Shown here one piece after another: positions 48,773 through 58,508 of a stretch of 64,000 nt of DNA. The DNA is from Candidatus Latescibacterota bacterium (GTDB taxonomy: Bacteria; Latescibacterota; UBA2968; GCA-2709665): positions 96,001-160,000 of the forward strand of contig OZ244937.1 of assembly GCA_965222075.1 (NCBI GenBank), given 5' to 3'. The translations under genes were made by a program, and so were the position numbers. The notes under the pieces were generated by a model. It ran no database searches and had not been told where the DNA came from. It worked only from the letters and a program-made list of their open reading frames with translations. Position 1 is the stretch's first letter, and each line of letters begins with the position of its first letter.

Positions 48773-50884
48773 ATGGCGACCAAAACGTGGATGTACAGGC
48801 ACGATGAGATCCTGACGGGACGCCCGTTCGGGTTCGACGTGGATGAGGAGGGCTGGCTGTGGGAGGGGTGCGGGAGGGACCGCCTCACGGGCCACAACCT
48901 GCGCACCGCCGCGTGTGTCCAGATTCCCGTCCCCCAGATGGGACAGCGGCCCGTCTACCAGGCCATTGCCTGGGAGGGAAAACTCGTATTGACACTGGGC
49001 GATGCGCCGTTTTACCTGGTCTTCGACCCGGCGAAGCGGACGTGCGTCCGACGCGAAATTCCTGCGGCCCGGCCCATTGTGTGGTACGGGAAAAAGGCAT
49101 CCAACGGAAAGGTGATCCTGTTTGAGCGCACGGAATCGAAGGTGCTCGTTCTGGACGGTCCCAACGCGGAGCCGCGCCCCGTGGCCTGCCCGTTCGAGGG
49201 CCAGCTCGCCGGCGGCTGGTCCCAGAGCGATGGGTACCTCTACTGCCCGCTCTCCGACCCTGCGCGGGTCGTCCGTTTCGATCCGGTAAAGGAGCGGTTT
49301 ATCGATGAGAATCGCTCGCCCTTTGCCGAGGCGACACTGGCCGGGAGCCACGAACAGGACGAGATTCTCTACCTCTGGGACACGGCCGGGGGCCGATTGC
49401 TGCCCCTGGCGTTTGAGAAGGGCACGTGGCTGGATCCCATTCCGGCGCCCGACCACGGCAGGGTCTACGGCTTTATGGGCGGCGGCTTCAGTTTTCAGGG
49501 CAGGGTCTACATCTGCCTGAGCACCTTTGCCCACCCCAGCCGGCTCGACCTGGAAACGGGAACGTGCGTTGTTCCCGAAGGTCCGCTCACCGTGGACGGG
49601 CGCCCGCCGCGGTTCCTGGACCGGTTGCTCGTGTTCGACCCCCGGATGCAGTCGTTCGATTACCTCGTTGCGCCCGAGCAGCCGGACGGCATCCCGCTGC
49701 TGTGCTACAGCTGGACGGACGGGGAACGCTTCGCAATCACGGGGATTGTGATTCCGTTTGCAGAGCCGGGAGAGCCCGGCCGGATTTTCGGGCCCTGGTT
49801 CGTTTTGCAGAGCGAGCCCGCAAAGGCGGAGCCGGGCTTTGAGCTGCCCGACGTGGCGTTCGACCGCGAGGCGCATCTGGCCCGGTATCGCCGGGGGTAC
49901 GGCGCGCCGCGGTCGCTGTACCTGCCCCACGAAGCGCATTCGCCGGCGATTATCAACATGCAGGGCCCTGCCACGGACTACCCTCCCGGTCGAGAGGCCG
50001 AAATCGTCCGCCGGGCAAAAAAGACCGACACAAACGCCTACTTGTCGCACCTGGCGGAGGTGGTGACACGGGACGCTGGAACGGATGCCGAGGCGGTGAA
50101 GCGGGTCGCGGGGTATGTGCACCAGGCCCTCTACTACAATCCTATCCAGATTCCCCACACCAGCGATCCCGTGGCGATCCTGGAATCCCACGATGCCCGC
50201 TGCGGCCAGGGGGTTGCCGTCACCCTCGCGCTTCTAAAGGCACTGGGCATCCCGGCCCGGCGCGTGCCGCTTTCGCACCATGTGGTCGCCGAAGCCACCT
50301 ACGACGGCGGCGATCACATCGTGGATGCCATGTTTTTCGGAGCAGACCAGCCTCACCGCGACGGGCGCGTGCTCTCTGTGGAAGCACTCAAGGCCGATCC
50401 CTATTTTGGGGATGCTTTTCCACAGGCGTGCTTCGCCTACGATCCGGAGCTGTTGGAGAGCACGGACGGGTTCTGGGTGCTGGGCTATGTTTTCGGCATC
50501 TGGGGATCGGAGCCTTATTATTCTTACTATCTGGGCGCGGAGAAGGAACATCCCCCGATGCTTCCCCTGGCGCTTCCGGCCCGGCGTGTGGATGGACACC
50601 GCGTCTGTCTGAACTGGGCCCGGTCTCTCAAGATGGGCGGGGGCGCAGTGGAGTACGACGTCTGTGTGTATTCGGATCGGGCATGTACGGAAGCGGTTTT
50701 TCACGTGACGACGGAGGAGACCTCAGTTGTCTATGAGGTGGAGGAGCCGAACCGGATGTATTTTGTGGAGGAGCGCGCAATGGACGGTCACCGTGAGAAG
50801 AATCCCGATACGTGGTATCCCGCCGCGCGTTCCAACTTCGTCCTGGTCCCGGAAGACCAGTACGGCTGGTACGGCGTGGTGTGA
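48773..50884 (+). CDS. Transglutaminase-like domain protein with N-terminal beta-propeller
   Basis: ARCGQ....LALLKALGIPAR, HVVAE, IVD (Cys-His-Asp triad); no signal peptide seen. Confidence 0.72.
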   Translation: MATKTWMYRHDEILTGRPFGFDVDEEGWLWEGCGRDRLTGHNLRTAACVQIPVPQMGQRPVYQAIAWEGKLVLTLGDAPFYLVFDPAKRTCVRREIPAARPIVWYGKKASNGKVILFERTESKVLVLDGPNAEPRPVACPFEGQLAGGWSQSDGYLYCPLSDPARVVRFDPVKERFIDENRSPFAEATLAGSHEQDEILYLWDTAGGRLLPLAFEKGTWLDPIPAPDHGRVYGFMGGGFSFQGRVYICLSTFAHPSRLDLETGTCVVPEGPLTVDGRPPRFLDRLLVFDPRMQSFDYLVAPEQPDGIPLLCYSWTDGERFAITGIVIPFAEPGEPGRIFGPWFVLQSEPAKAEPGFELPDVAFDREAHLARYRRGYGAPRSLYLPHEAHSPAIINMQGPATDYPPGREAEIVRRAKKTDTNAYLSHLAEVVTRDAGTDAEAVKRVAGYVHQALYYNPIQIPHTSDPVAILESHDARCGQGVAVTLALLKALGIPARRVPLSHHVVAEATYDGGDHIVDAMFFGADQPHRDGRVLSVEALKADPYFGDAFPQACFAYDPELLESTDGFWVLGYVFGIWGSEPYYSYYLGAEKEHPPMLPLALPARRVDGHRVCLNWARSLKMGGGAVEYDVCVYSDRACTEAVFHVTTEETSVVYEVEEPNRMYFVEERAMDGHREKNPDTWYPAARSNFVLVPEDQYGWYGVV

Positions 50885-50943
50885 GGTGATGAATACGGGA
50901 TTTTTCATTTGTGCAACCGCGGGCAGTACACCGCAGAGGAACC

Positions 50944-51696
50944 ATGGAACCCGCAGACGCCCGCACAGAGAGGTCCGGCGAGAGGCGGGCGCCCCGACGC
51001 CCGCCCCCCGGGTCCTGGATTACCGGAAGGGTGGTTTGCGTCAAAAGTCCGGAGGCGGACCTGAAGGCGCAGTACCCGAAAGTTTTCTCCATCTCTATCG
51101 CGATTTCGTGTGTGCTTCATATCGCCGTTGCAGTGGCTTTTCCGGCCTTCCAGTTCCGGACGCCGACCGTTAGAAAGCGTCCGGTTGTCATCCTGATGGA
51201 GGATATTCCGGAAACCCGTCAGATCAAGCGACCGCCCCTTTCCCGACCGGCGGTGCCGATTGAGGTTGAGGGTAAGGATGTGCCCGAGGACGTGGCGACC
51301 GGGTCCGCCGAAGTGGGGTTGGGCCAGATTGCGATCCACCTTACGCCCCCGTCCTCCGCCGTCCTCACCGCAGCTCCGCTGGAGGAAGAGGCCAGGGAGG
51401 AGATCTACAACATCAGGTTTGTAGAGAAGAAGCCCGAGCTGCTCAAACAGGTGAAGCCGGAGTATCCGCAGGCAGCGCGAGAGGCCGGGCTGGAGGGTGT
51501 GGTGCTTGTGGAATTTACCGTGGGAAAGGACGGCAGGGTTAAAGACGCCAGGGTGATGGAAGGGCACGCATGGTTCCGGAAGCCGTCGCTGGAGGCGCTC
51601 TCCGGGTTCCGGTTCAACCCGGGGCGCCAGAACGAGAGGTTTGTTGAGGTGCGGATGTTTATCTTTATGAGGTTTCAACTGAACAGCAGATTTTGA
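50944..51696 (+). CDS. tonB: Energy transducer TonB
   Basis: TM helix with S..LH, Pro-rich linker, PEYP..AR..G.EG.V.VEF.V..DG.V, F.PG.Q. Confidence 0.9.
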   Translation: MEPADARTERSGERRAPRRPPPGSWITGRVVCVKSPEADLKAQYPKVFSISIAISCVLHIAVAVAFPAFQFRTPTVRKRPVVILMEDIPETRQIKRPPLSRPAVPIEVEGKDVPEDVATGSAEVGLGQIAIHLTPPSSAVLTAAPLEEEAREEIYNIRFVEKKPELLKQVKPEYPQAAREAGLEGVVLVEFTVGKDGRVKDARVMEGHAWFRKPSLEALSGFRFNPGRQNERFVEVRMFIFMRFQLNSRF

Positions 51697-51727
51697 GGCA
51701 GGCACGGCCGGCGAATCTGTAGGAGGA

Positions 51728-52924
51728 ATGGAAATGGAGGAGATACGCATCGGGATTGCGGGCCTGGGCGGCCGCGGGCTGCACTGGATCCGGCTGCTGC
51801 AGAAGGTGCCGGGCTATCGCATTACGGCGGTCTACGACTGGGTCGAGCCGCTGCAGGATCGGGCGCTGGCGGAGATTCCTTACCGGGATGAGGTGAAAGC
51901 GTTTGGCGACTACGAGGATTTTCTGGCCTACCCTGGGATGGATGCGGTGGGGTTGGTGGTACGGCAGCGGGAGGTGGGGGCGATGGCGGCGCAGGCGCTG
52001 GAGGCGGGCAAGCATGTGAATTCCGAGGTGCCAGGGGCGTATACGATGGCGGAGTGCTGGCGGATTGTGACGGATGTGGAGCGGACGGGTCTGGTCTACA
52101 GCCTGGCGGAGCAGACGCGGTTCTGGGGATTCGTGGACGGATGGAAGCGTCTGGTGGACGACGGGCTGCTGGGCAAGATCACCTATGCCGAAGGCCAGTA
52201 CGTGGGCTACTACGGCACGCACCAGTTTTTTCAGGACTACAAGACGGGCAAGCAGTATTCGGTTGAGGAACTGCCCGACCACCCGGAGGCCAAGCCGACT
52301 TTTCCCCACGATACCCCGCCCATCATTGCTGCGTCGTACGATCTCAGCATTCTGTTGAAGGTCCTGGACGACCGGGTGGGGGAGGTGACGGCGATGAGTA
52401 CGAAGAGGCCCAGCTACGCGCATCCGCAGATCAGAAAGCCGGATGTGCAGGTGGCGCTGATGAAGACGGAGAAGGATACGCTGATCCGCATGTTGGACGG
52501 CCACACCCAGCCACGTCCAAAGGGGGACCACCACTGGTGGCAGATGATCGGCACGAAAGGCAGCGTGGAGTGGCGGCGGTCACGCAACGAGAAGCCGAAG
52601 GTGTGGTTTGCGGATACACAGATGAACGACTGGTCGGAGGTGGACTGGCGGTATGAGCGCACGGATGCGCCACCGGAGGCGCAGGGCAGCGGTCACAGCG
52701 ATGCGGATTATTATGTCCACATGCATTTTCGGGATGCGGTGCTGAAGGGCGAGTCGCTGGCGTTTGACGTTTATCGGGCGATGGATACGGTGGCAGCGGC
52801 GGTCCGGGCGATCGATTCGATCCAGGAGGGGAGCCGGTTGATGCGGGTTCCGGACTTTCGTCCGAACAAGGAGCGGGCTGTGGGGCAGATGCCGGCGGAC
52901 CTGGGCGGGGTGGGGCTGCGATGA
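51728..52924 (+). CDS. Gfo/Idh/MocA family oxidoreductase
   Basis: IGIAGLGGRG, AGKHVNSEVP, YAEG.Y, SGH..AD, VPDFR. Confidence 0.9.
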   Translation: MEMEEIRIGIAGLGGRGLHWIRLLQKVPGYRITAVYDWVEPLQDRALAEIPYRDEVKAFGDYEDFLAYPGMDAVGLVVRQREVGAMAAQALEAGKHVNSEVPGAYTMAECWRIVTDVERTGLVYSLAEQTRFWGFVDGWKRLVDDGLLGKITYAEGQYVGYYGTHQFFQDYKTGKQYSVEELPDHPEAKPTFPHDTPPIIAASYDLSILLKVLDDRVGEVTAMSTKRPSYAHPQIRKPDVQVALMKTEKDTLIRMLDGHTQPRPKGDHHWWQMIGTKGSVEWRRSRNEKPKVWFADTQMNDWSEVDWRYERTDAPPEAQGSGHSDADYYVHMHFRDAVLKGESLAFDVYRAMDTVAAAVRAIDSIQEGSRLMRVPDFRPNKERAVGQMPADLGGVGLR

Positions 52925-52977
52925 GCGCGATGGGAATTTGGCGCTGAGCAGAGAAAAGGAGAACAGGCGGGGGACTT

Positions 52978-54972
52978 ATGGCCGAAGAAGGGGGGGCCGC
53001 AGCCCAAAGACTACGCCGGGGGGTGACGACCCGCGCGCTCATCTGCGGGCTGGGTCTGGCCGTGGCCGTGAACCTGCTGGCCAACACGATGCGCTATGTG
53101 CAGCGGGGGTCGTACATGGCCATCAGCCTGATTCCGATGGGCGACCTCGTTCTCTTTTTGCTGTTGGTCCTGGTCTGCGCGGTGCTGGCCCGGTGGTTCG
53201 GGCGCCGGTTCGTGCTTGCTCCGGCGGAGTGGATCACGATCTTCAGCATGGGGCTTATCAGCGCCATGGGCCCCACGTATGGCATCAGCGGTTATCTCGT
53301 CAGCCAGATGGTGGCTCCGTACTATTTCGCAACTCCGGAGAACCGGTGGGCGGAGTACCTCCACCCCCACCTGCCCGGCTGGTTGATTTCCACGGACGAG
53401 CGCAGGGCGATCACGCTGTTTTTCGAGGGGCTGCCCAGGGGGGCGTCCATTCCCTGGGAGGCCTGGGGGGGGCCGCTGCTGTGGTGGTTCAGCTTTATTG
53501 CAGCCCTGGGGTTCGCCTGCTTCTGTGTGTCGGTGATCCTCCATCGGCAGTGGGCGGACCACGAGAGGCTGGTGTATCCGGCGCTGACGCCGGTCCTGGA
53601 GATGACGAACCGGGCCGGGAGCGGGGTGCGGGCGCTGCCGGGGTTTATGAGGGGGAAAGCGTTCTGGGCGGGGTTTGCGCTGACCTCGACGGTGTTCTGG
53701 CTGAATATGGTTCACTGGTTCTATCCGGCGTTTCCCAAGGTGATGAATACCCACATGACCTATGTGTGGGATCTCCTGTCGAAACAGTACCCTCCCTTCT
53801 GCATCTACCTGAGCATTTTTGTCATCTGCTTCTCCTATTTCGCCAGCCTGGACGTGCTCTTCAGCATCTGGTTCTTCGATATCGTGTATATGGTCGAGGC
53901 GGGCCTCCTGAATCGTGTGGGGATCGTGGCCACCTCTCCCCACTACGGGGCCGGTCCATATAATGTGACGAGCTACAAGTTTCAGACGGCCGGGGCGTTC
54001 GCCGCGCTGGTGCTCTGGTGGATCTGGATTTCCCGGGGACATCTACGGGAGGTGTTCCGGAAGGCGTACCACCCGGACCGTTCGTCCCTGGACGACAGCC
54101 GGGAGTTCATTTCTTACCGGGCGGCCGCGATCGGTCTGGTTGTTTGCTGTGTGTACATCGCGGCCTGGCTGGAACAGGCGGGGATAGAAGCCGGGATGAT
54201 CGCGGTGCTGATACCAGCCATGTTTATCACTTATGTGGGAGTGGCGAAGGTGATGGCCGATTCGGGGTTGGTCTACATCGATCCGCCGGCCGTGGCCTGG
54301 GACTATGCTCTGTTTGCTCTGGGGGGAGAACGTGCGCTGAACGCCTCCACGAACGCGGGCTTCAGCCTGCTGTCGTTCACGGTCAACCATCCAAGGAGTT
54401 TTGCCCTGTCCATGATCGCCCAGGTCAACCGCCTGGGCGATTTTGTCCCGGAGGGCAAACGCCGGTTTTTCTGGGCGATTTTTGGGGCGTTTGTTGTGGG
54501 GATGGTGGTTTCCACGCTCCACACGATCTGGCTGGCCTATACGATGGGGGGATACAATTTCCAACCCAACTGGTTGATCCTCCACGAGGGCGAATGGAAT
54601 TACGGGATGGCGGTGAACGCGTTGCGGAATCCCAGGCCGATTCTGAGGGTGGAGTACTGGCTCTTCCTGGCCGGAATCGGGGTGATGACGGCCTTGAACC
54701 TGATGCGCTACCGATTCCCCCGGTGGCGGCTGCACCCGGTGGGGTTCGCCCTTTCCGGGACGATTTTCACGCGGCTGGAGAGCATGACGCTCCTGGTCGC
54801 ATGGCTGATCAAGTTTCTGATGATCAAGATCGGCGGGGCGGCGTTCTACCGGAGGTCAATGCCGTTTTTTATCGGGATTCTGACGGGGTACATCGTGGCC
54901 GTGATTGCGGGCACGGTGGTGGATGCCATCTGGTTTCCGTATGCGGGGCACAGGGTGCACAGCTGGCATTAG
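52978..54972 (+). CDS. DUF6785/DUF6784-like polytopic membrane protein (putative transporter)
   Basis: About 16 TM segments; T.RAL, QW..HERL.YP, W.LHP.G.A, PFF.G...G. Confidence 0.7.
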   Translation: MAEEGGAAAQRLRRGVTTRALICGLGLAVAVNLLANTMRYVQRGSYMAISLIPMGDLVLFLLLVLVCAVLARWFGRRFVLAPAEWITIFSMGLISAMGPTYGISGYLVSQMVAPYYFATPENRWAEYLHPHLPGWLISTDERRAITLFFEGLPRGASIPWEAWGGPLLWWFSFIAALGFACFCVSVILHRQWADHERLVYPALTPVLEMTNRAGSGVRALPGFMRGKAFWAGFALTSTVFWLNMVHWFYPAFPKVMNTHMTYVWDLLSKQYPPFCIYLSIFVICFSYFASLDVLFSIWFFDIVYMVEAGLLNRVGIVATSPHYGAGPYNVTSYKFQTAGAFAALVLWWIWISRGHLREVFRKAYHPDRSSLDDSREFISYRAAAIGLVVCCVYIAAWLEQAGIEAGMIAVLIPAMFITYVGVAKVMADSGLVYIDPPAVAWDYALFALGGERALNASTNAGFSLLSFTVNHPRSFALSMIAQVNRLGDFVPEGKRRFFWAIFGAFVVGMVVSTLHTIWLAYTMGGYNFQPNWLILHEGEWNYGMAVNALRNPRPILRVEYWLFLAGIGVMTALNLMRYRFPRWRLHPVGFALSGTIFTRLESMTLLVAWLIKFLMIKIGGAAFYRRSMPFFIGILTGYIVAVIAGTVVDAIWFPYAGHRVHSWH

Positions 54973-55001
54973 GCAGGTCAATACTGGAGAGGAGGAGGCG
55001 T

Positions 55002-55937
55002 ATGGCAGAGGGTATTCTGAAGGCTCTGGAGCAGGGGTTCGTGCTGACCGACGGCGGGAATGTGGAGGAACTGAAGCTGCGGGGATATCGCACGCCGGGG
55101 GTTCTGGTGGCGTTTCCGGACGCTGTGCGGCTGGTCCACCAGGATTTCTTCCGGGCGGGCGCGGGGGTGCTTCGAGCCCTGACCGGGCTGTGCACACGCA
55201 CCGGCCTGGAAGAGCGGGGGGAGGTGGGATGGGGCAACCGGATCGAGGCGTTGAACCGGACGGCGGTGGCACTGGCGAAAACGGTGGCCGGTGACGAGGC
55301 GCTGGTGGCCGGGACCGTGGGACCGACGGGGGCTTTTCAGGCCGGCGACGGGGAAGCGGCAGACCGGGCGCGGGCGGAGTGGGAGGAGCAGGTGGACGTA
55401 CTGGCCGATGCGGGCGTGGACCTGCTGGTGTGCGAGTCGTTCGAGCGGCTGGACGAGGCGCGGCTTGCGCTGGCCTGCTGCAAAAAGACCTCGCTGCCGG
55501 TGGTGGTTACGATGGATCTCACCCTGCCCGAGGGCCGATTGAACAAGCCGGTGCTCCGGGAGGACGAGGTGACCCCGGATGGGGCGGCTGCTGCCGAGTG
55601 CGCCCGTGCGCTGGCGAGCGATGGGGCCGATGTGGTGGGGGCGAGCGGCAAACGGGAACCGGAGGACCTGTGGCCTGTTGTGCTGGAGATGCGGGAGGCG
55701 GTGGACACACCGATTGCCTTTCTGCCGAACGGGTACCGGACGAACCGGCCCAACTGGGAGCGAATGCGGGAGGCGATGCACGTTTACGGGATAGAACTGG
55801 GCCAGTATGCGCTGAAGGCGAAGGCGCACGGGATGTGTTTCCTCGGCGGGTCCGACGGGGTCGTGGTGCGGCTGCTTCGCTCGATGGCCCAGGCGCTGGA
55901 CCGCGAGCGGGCGCATATTGAGCTGCGGCCGAGGTGA
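55002..55937 (+). CDS. Homocysteine S-methyltransferase family protein lacking Zn-binding cysteines
   Basis: TDGG, H.DF.RAGA, VAGTVGP, GVDL...E; VVGASG and GGSDG replace the G.NC and GGCCG motifs. Confidence 0.82.
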   Translation: MAEGILKALEQGFVLTDGGNVEELKLRGYRTPGVLVAFPDAVRLVHQDFFRAGAGVLRALTGLCTRTGLEERGEVGWGNRIEALNRTAVALAKTVAGDEALVAGTVGPTGAFQAGDGEAADRARAEWEEQVDVLADAGVDLLVCESFERLDEARLALACCKKTSLPVVVTMDLTLPEGRLNKPVLREDEVTPDGAAAAECARALASDGADVVGASGKREPEDLWPVVLEMREAVDTPIAFLPNGYRTNRPNWERMREAMHVYGIELGQYALKAKAHGMCFLGGSDGVVVRLLRSMAQALDRERAHIELRPR

Positions 55938-55983
55938 GGGTCAGGGATCAGGGGACAGTGTCCGTTGAACAGGAGGACTGAGG

Positions 55984-56880
55984 ATGGGGAAGGATATTTT
56001 GAAGATGCTGGAGGAGGAGGTTGTTTTGTGCGATGGGGGGATGATTATTGAGGCGAGGTGGCGGGGATACAATACGCCCGATATGATTCTGGAAGATCCG
56101 GATGCGCTGCGGCAGATCCATCAGGATTTTTTTCGGGCCGGCTCACAGGTGCTTCAGGCCCAGACCTGGTGGACCAGCCGCACGCAGCTGGACCGCAAAC
56201 ACAATTGGGGCGATCGGCTGGAGGAGATTACCCACACGGCCATCCAGCTGGCAAAGGAGGCGTCGGACGGGGAGGCGCTGGTGGCCGGGTGTGTGAACCA
56301 GACGGCCGCGGGGTCGTGGGAGGGGCCCTTTATTTACAGCCCTGACAATGCCTATGCGCGCGACCGGGCATGCGCGGAGTGGGACGAGCATATTGCTTCG
56401 ATGGTGGACGCGGGGGCAGACCTGCTGGTGCCGGAGACGTTTGCCCGGCTGGACGAGGCGCGGCTGTGTCTGTCGCGCTGCAAGAAGACGGATGTGCCGA
56501 CGATGGTGCTGATGGGAGCGAGTACGAAAACACGGGATGGGGCGACGCCTGCGGAGTGCGCGAAGGTGCTGGCGGACGATGGCGCGGATATCGTGGGTCT
56601 GGTCTGCAGCGGCGATTCCATGAATATGTGGCCTGGTGTTCTGGCGATGCGGGAGGCGGTGGATATCCCGATCGCGTACCAGCCGCAGGGCTACCGGAAC
56701 GCGGGTCCGAACCAGTCGGTGATCCGGGAGTCGATGATTGTTTCCGGGACCGAGATGGGCGAGTATGCGTTGAAGGCGAAGGCGGAGGGGATCAACTTTA
56801 TCGGCGCGTGCTGCGGGGCGGGTCCTTCGCATATTCGAGCGATGGCGCAGGCGCTGGGATGCGAGCGGTATCCGGTTTGA
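55984..56880 (+). CDS. Homocysteine S-methyltransferase family protein
   Basis: CDGG, H.DF.RAGS, GADL..PET, IVGLVC, IGACCGAGP.HIRAMA. Confidence 0.9.
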   Translation: MGKDILKMLEEEVVLCDGGMIIEARWRGYNTPDMILEDPDALRQIHQDFFRAGSQVLQAQTWWTSRTQLDRKHNWGDRLEEITHTAIQLAKEASDGEALVAGCVNQTAAGSWEGPFIYSPDNAYARDRACAEWDEHIASMVDAGADLLVPETFARLDEARLCLSRCKKTDVPTMVLMGASTKTRDGATPAECAKVLADDGADIVGLVCSGDSMNMWPGVLAMREAVDIPIAYQPQGYRNAGPNQSVIRESMIVSGTEMGEYALKAKAEGINFIGACCGAGPSHIRAMAQALGCERYPV

Positions 56881-56897
56881 ACGGGGGAGGCTGGAGC

Positions 56898-58451
56898 ATG
56901 GCTTATGACGTGGATGTGGCAATTGTTGGCGCGGGGCATAACGGGCTGGTGGCCGCGACCTATCTGGCCCGATCCGGGCTGCGGGTGGCGGTTTTCGAGC
57001 GCCGTCCGTTCGTGGGCGGAGGGGCGATCTCTGAAGAGCTGTGGCCCGGGTTCCGGTTTTCGACCTGTGCGCACGCGGCGCACGCCATTCACCCAAAAAT
57101 CATCCGGGATCTGGATCTGTACAATCGGGGGTTCGAGGTGCTCCCGCGAAGGCCAAACATTGTGATTAACGTGGAGGGGACCTACTGGGCTCCCGCCGAG
57201 TACGGGTCTCCCCGAAACCTGACGAAAAAGTTGACCGATGCAGAAGGGGAGGGAGAGCGGAAGTACTCCGAATTCAGGCAGAGCCTGATGGGGATCTTTT
57301 CGTCCTACCGGTTGGGACCCCCACCGACGCTGGAGGAAGTGCGCGCGAAGGTGGCGGGGACTCCGGCAGCGCAGGTGCTGGAGACGGCACTGAAGACACG
57401 GATCCGGGATATCCAGGACGAGTTGCTTCCCTCGCCGAGGCTGAGGGACAAACACGCGACCGAGTGCGCCTCCTTCGGCCGGAACCTGCTGGCCCTGGCG
57501 ATCGCCTTCTCCGCGATCAACCTGCCGGATGAAGAAACCGGCGAGCCGCCGCCGAACGGGTACATCCGTGGGGGAACAGGGACCTTCAGCCGGACGCTTC
57601 AGGCGGCGGCGGAGGAAGCCGGAACCGAGATCCTCGTGAACCACGAGGTTGAGTCGCTGATCGTGGAGGGGGGGCGGGTGCTGGGTGTGAGGTTCACAGG
57701 CGGGGAACAGGTCCGTGCTCGTGTGACGGTGTCCAACCTGGACCCCAAGCAGACGTTTTTGCGGCTGATCGTTCCGGAGCACCTACCTTCGGGTTTCCTG
57801 CTGCGGGTTCGAGAGCTGGTGACCCACGTCAGCGCTTTCAAGCTGCTGGCCGTGATCTCGGAGTTGCCGCGCTGGAAGGACTGGGATGGCGACCCGGATT
57901 TGCCGAGCAAGGGAGCGGTGGGGCTGTGGCGGTCCCGGGCGTCGGTGGAAGCGGCGTTCGACGACCTGGACGGGGGGCAACCTACCCGCGTCCCTCTGGT
58001 GAATTTCTCGGTGCCTTCCGCGGTGGACCCAAGCCTGACACAGCCGGGATACCACACCGCCTCCCTCTGGGTCTACCCCGGAGCTGCCAGGCTGCGCCGG
58101 GGGACGTGGGATCAAGTGCGGGAACAGACGGCGGAGCGGATCATCGACAATATCACCCGGTTTGCACCTAATTTCCGAGGATCAATTGTACACTACCGGC
58201 TGCGCACGCCGCAGGATCTGGAACGAGAAAACGGGTTCACAGATGGGTGCATCTGGCACATTCAGCATACGCCCGAGCAGCTGTTCTGGAATCGGCCGCT
58301 GCCGGAGCTGGCACACTACCGGACACCCTTGAAGGGGCTCTATCTGAGCGGGTGCGGGCAGCATCCCGGCGGGGAGCTCAGCGGACTGCCGGGCCACAAC
58401 GCGGCCCAGGAGGTCCTCAAGGACCTGGGTGGAAACGGAAGATTGTCGTAA
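56898..58451 (+). CDS. Phytoene dehydrogenase-like FAD oxidoreductase (COG1233)
   Basis: IVGAGHNGLVAA.YLA..G..V..FERR..VGG, TP.DLE, YRTP..GLYL.G...HPGG..SG.PG.NAA. Confidence 0.88.
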   Translation: MAYDVDVAIVGAGHNGLVAATYLARSGLRVAVFERRPFVGGGAISEELWPGFRFSTCAHAAHAIHPKIIRDLDLYNRGFEVLPRRPNIVINVEGTYWAPAEYGSPRNLTKKLTDAEGEGERKYSEFRQSLMGIFSSYRLGPPPTLEEVRAKVAGTPAAQVLETALKTRIRDIQDELLPSPRLRDKHATECASFGRNLLALAIAFSAINLPDEETGEPPPNGYIRGGTGTFSRTLQAAAEEAGTEILVNHEVESLIVEGGRVLGVRFTGGEQVRARVTVSNLDPKQTFLRLIVPEHLPSGFLLRVRELVTHVSAFKLLAVISELPRWKDWDGDPDLPSKGAVGLWRSRASVEAAFDDLDGGQPTRVPLVNFSVPSAVDPSLTQPGYHTASLWVYPGAARLRRGTWDQVREQTAERIIDNITRFAPNFRGSIVHYRLRTPQDLERENGFTDGCIWHIQHTPEQLFWNRPLPELAHYRTPLKGLYLSGCGQHPGGELSGLPGHNAAQEVLKDLGGNGRLS

Positions 58452-58508
58452 TGCATGAAAGCAGATGAGACCACCGATACTCAACCAGGAGGAGAGGAGA
58501 GACGGAAT

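Noticed and set aside
56898-58451. Carotenoid or hopanoid pathway from the phytoene dehydrogenase-like and squalene-cyclase-like genes
   Set aside because: No crtB/hpn/idi genes nearby, the two genes are 43 kb apart, and both belong to broad families with other functions
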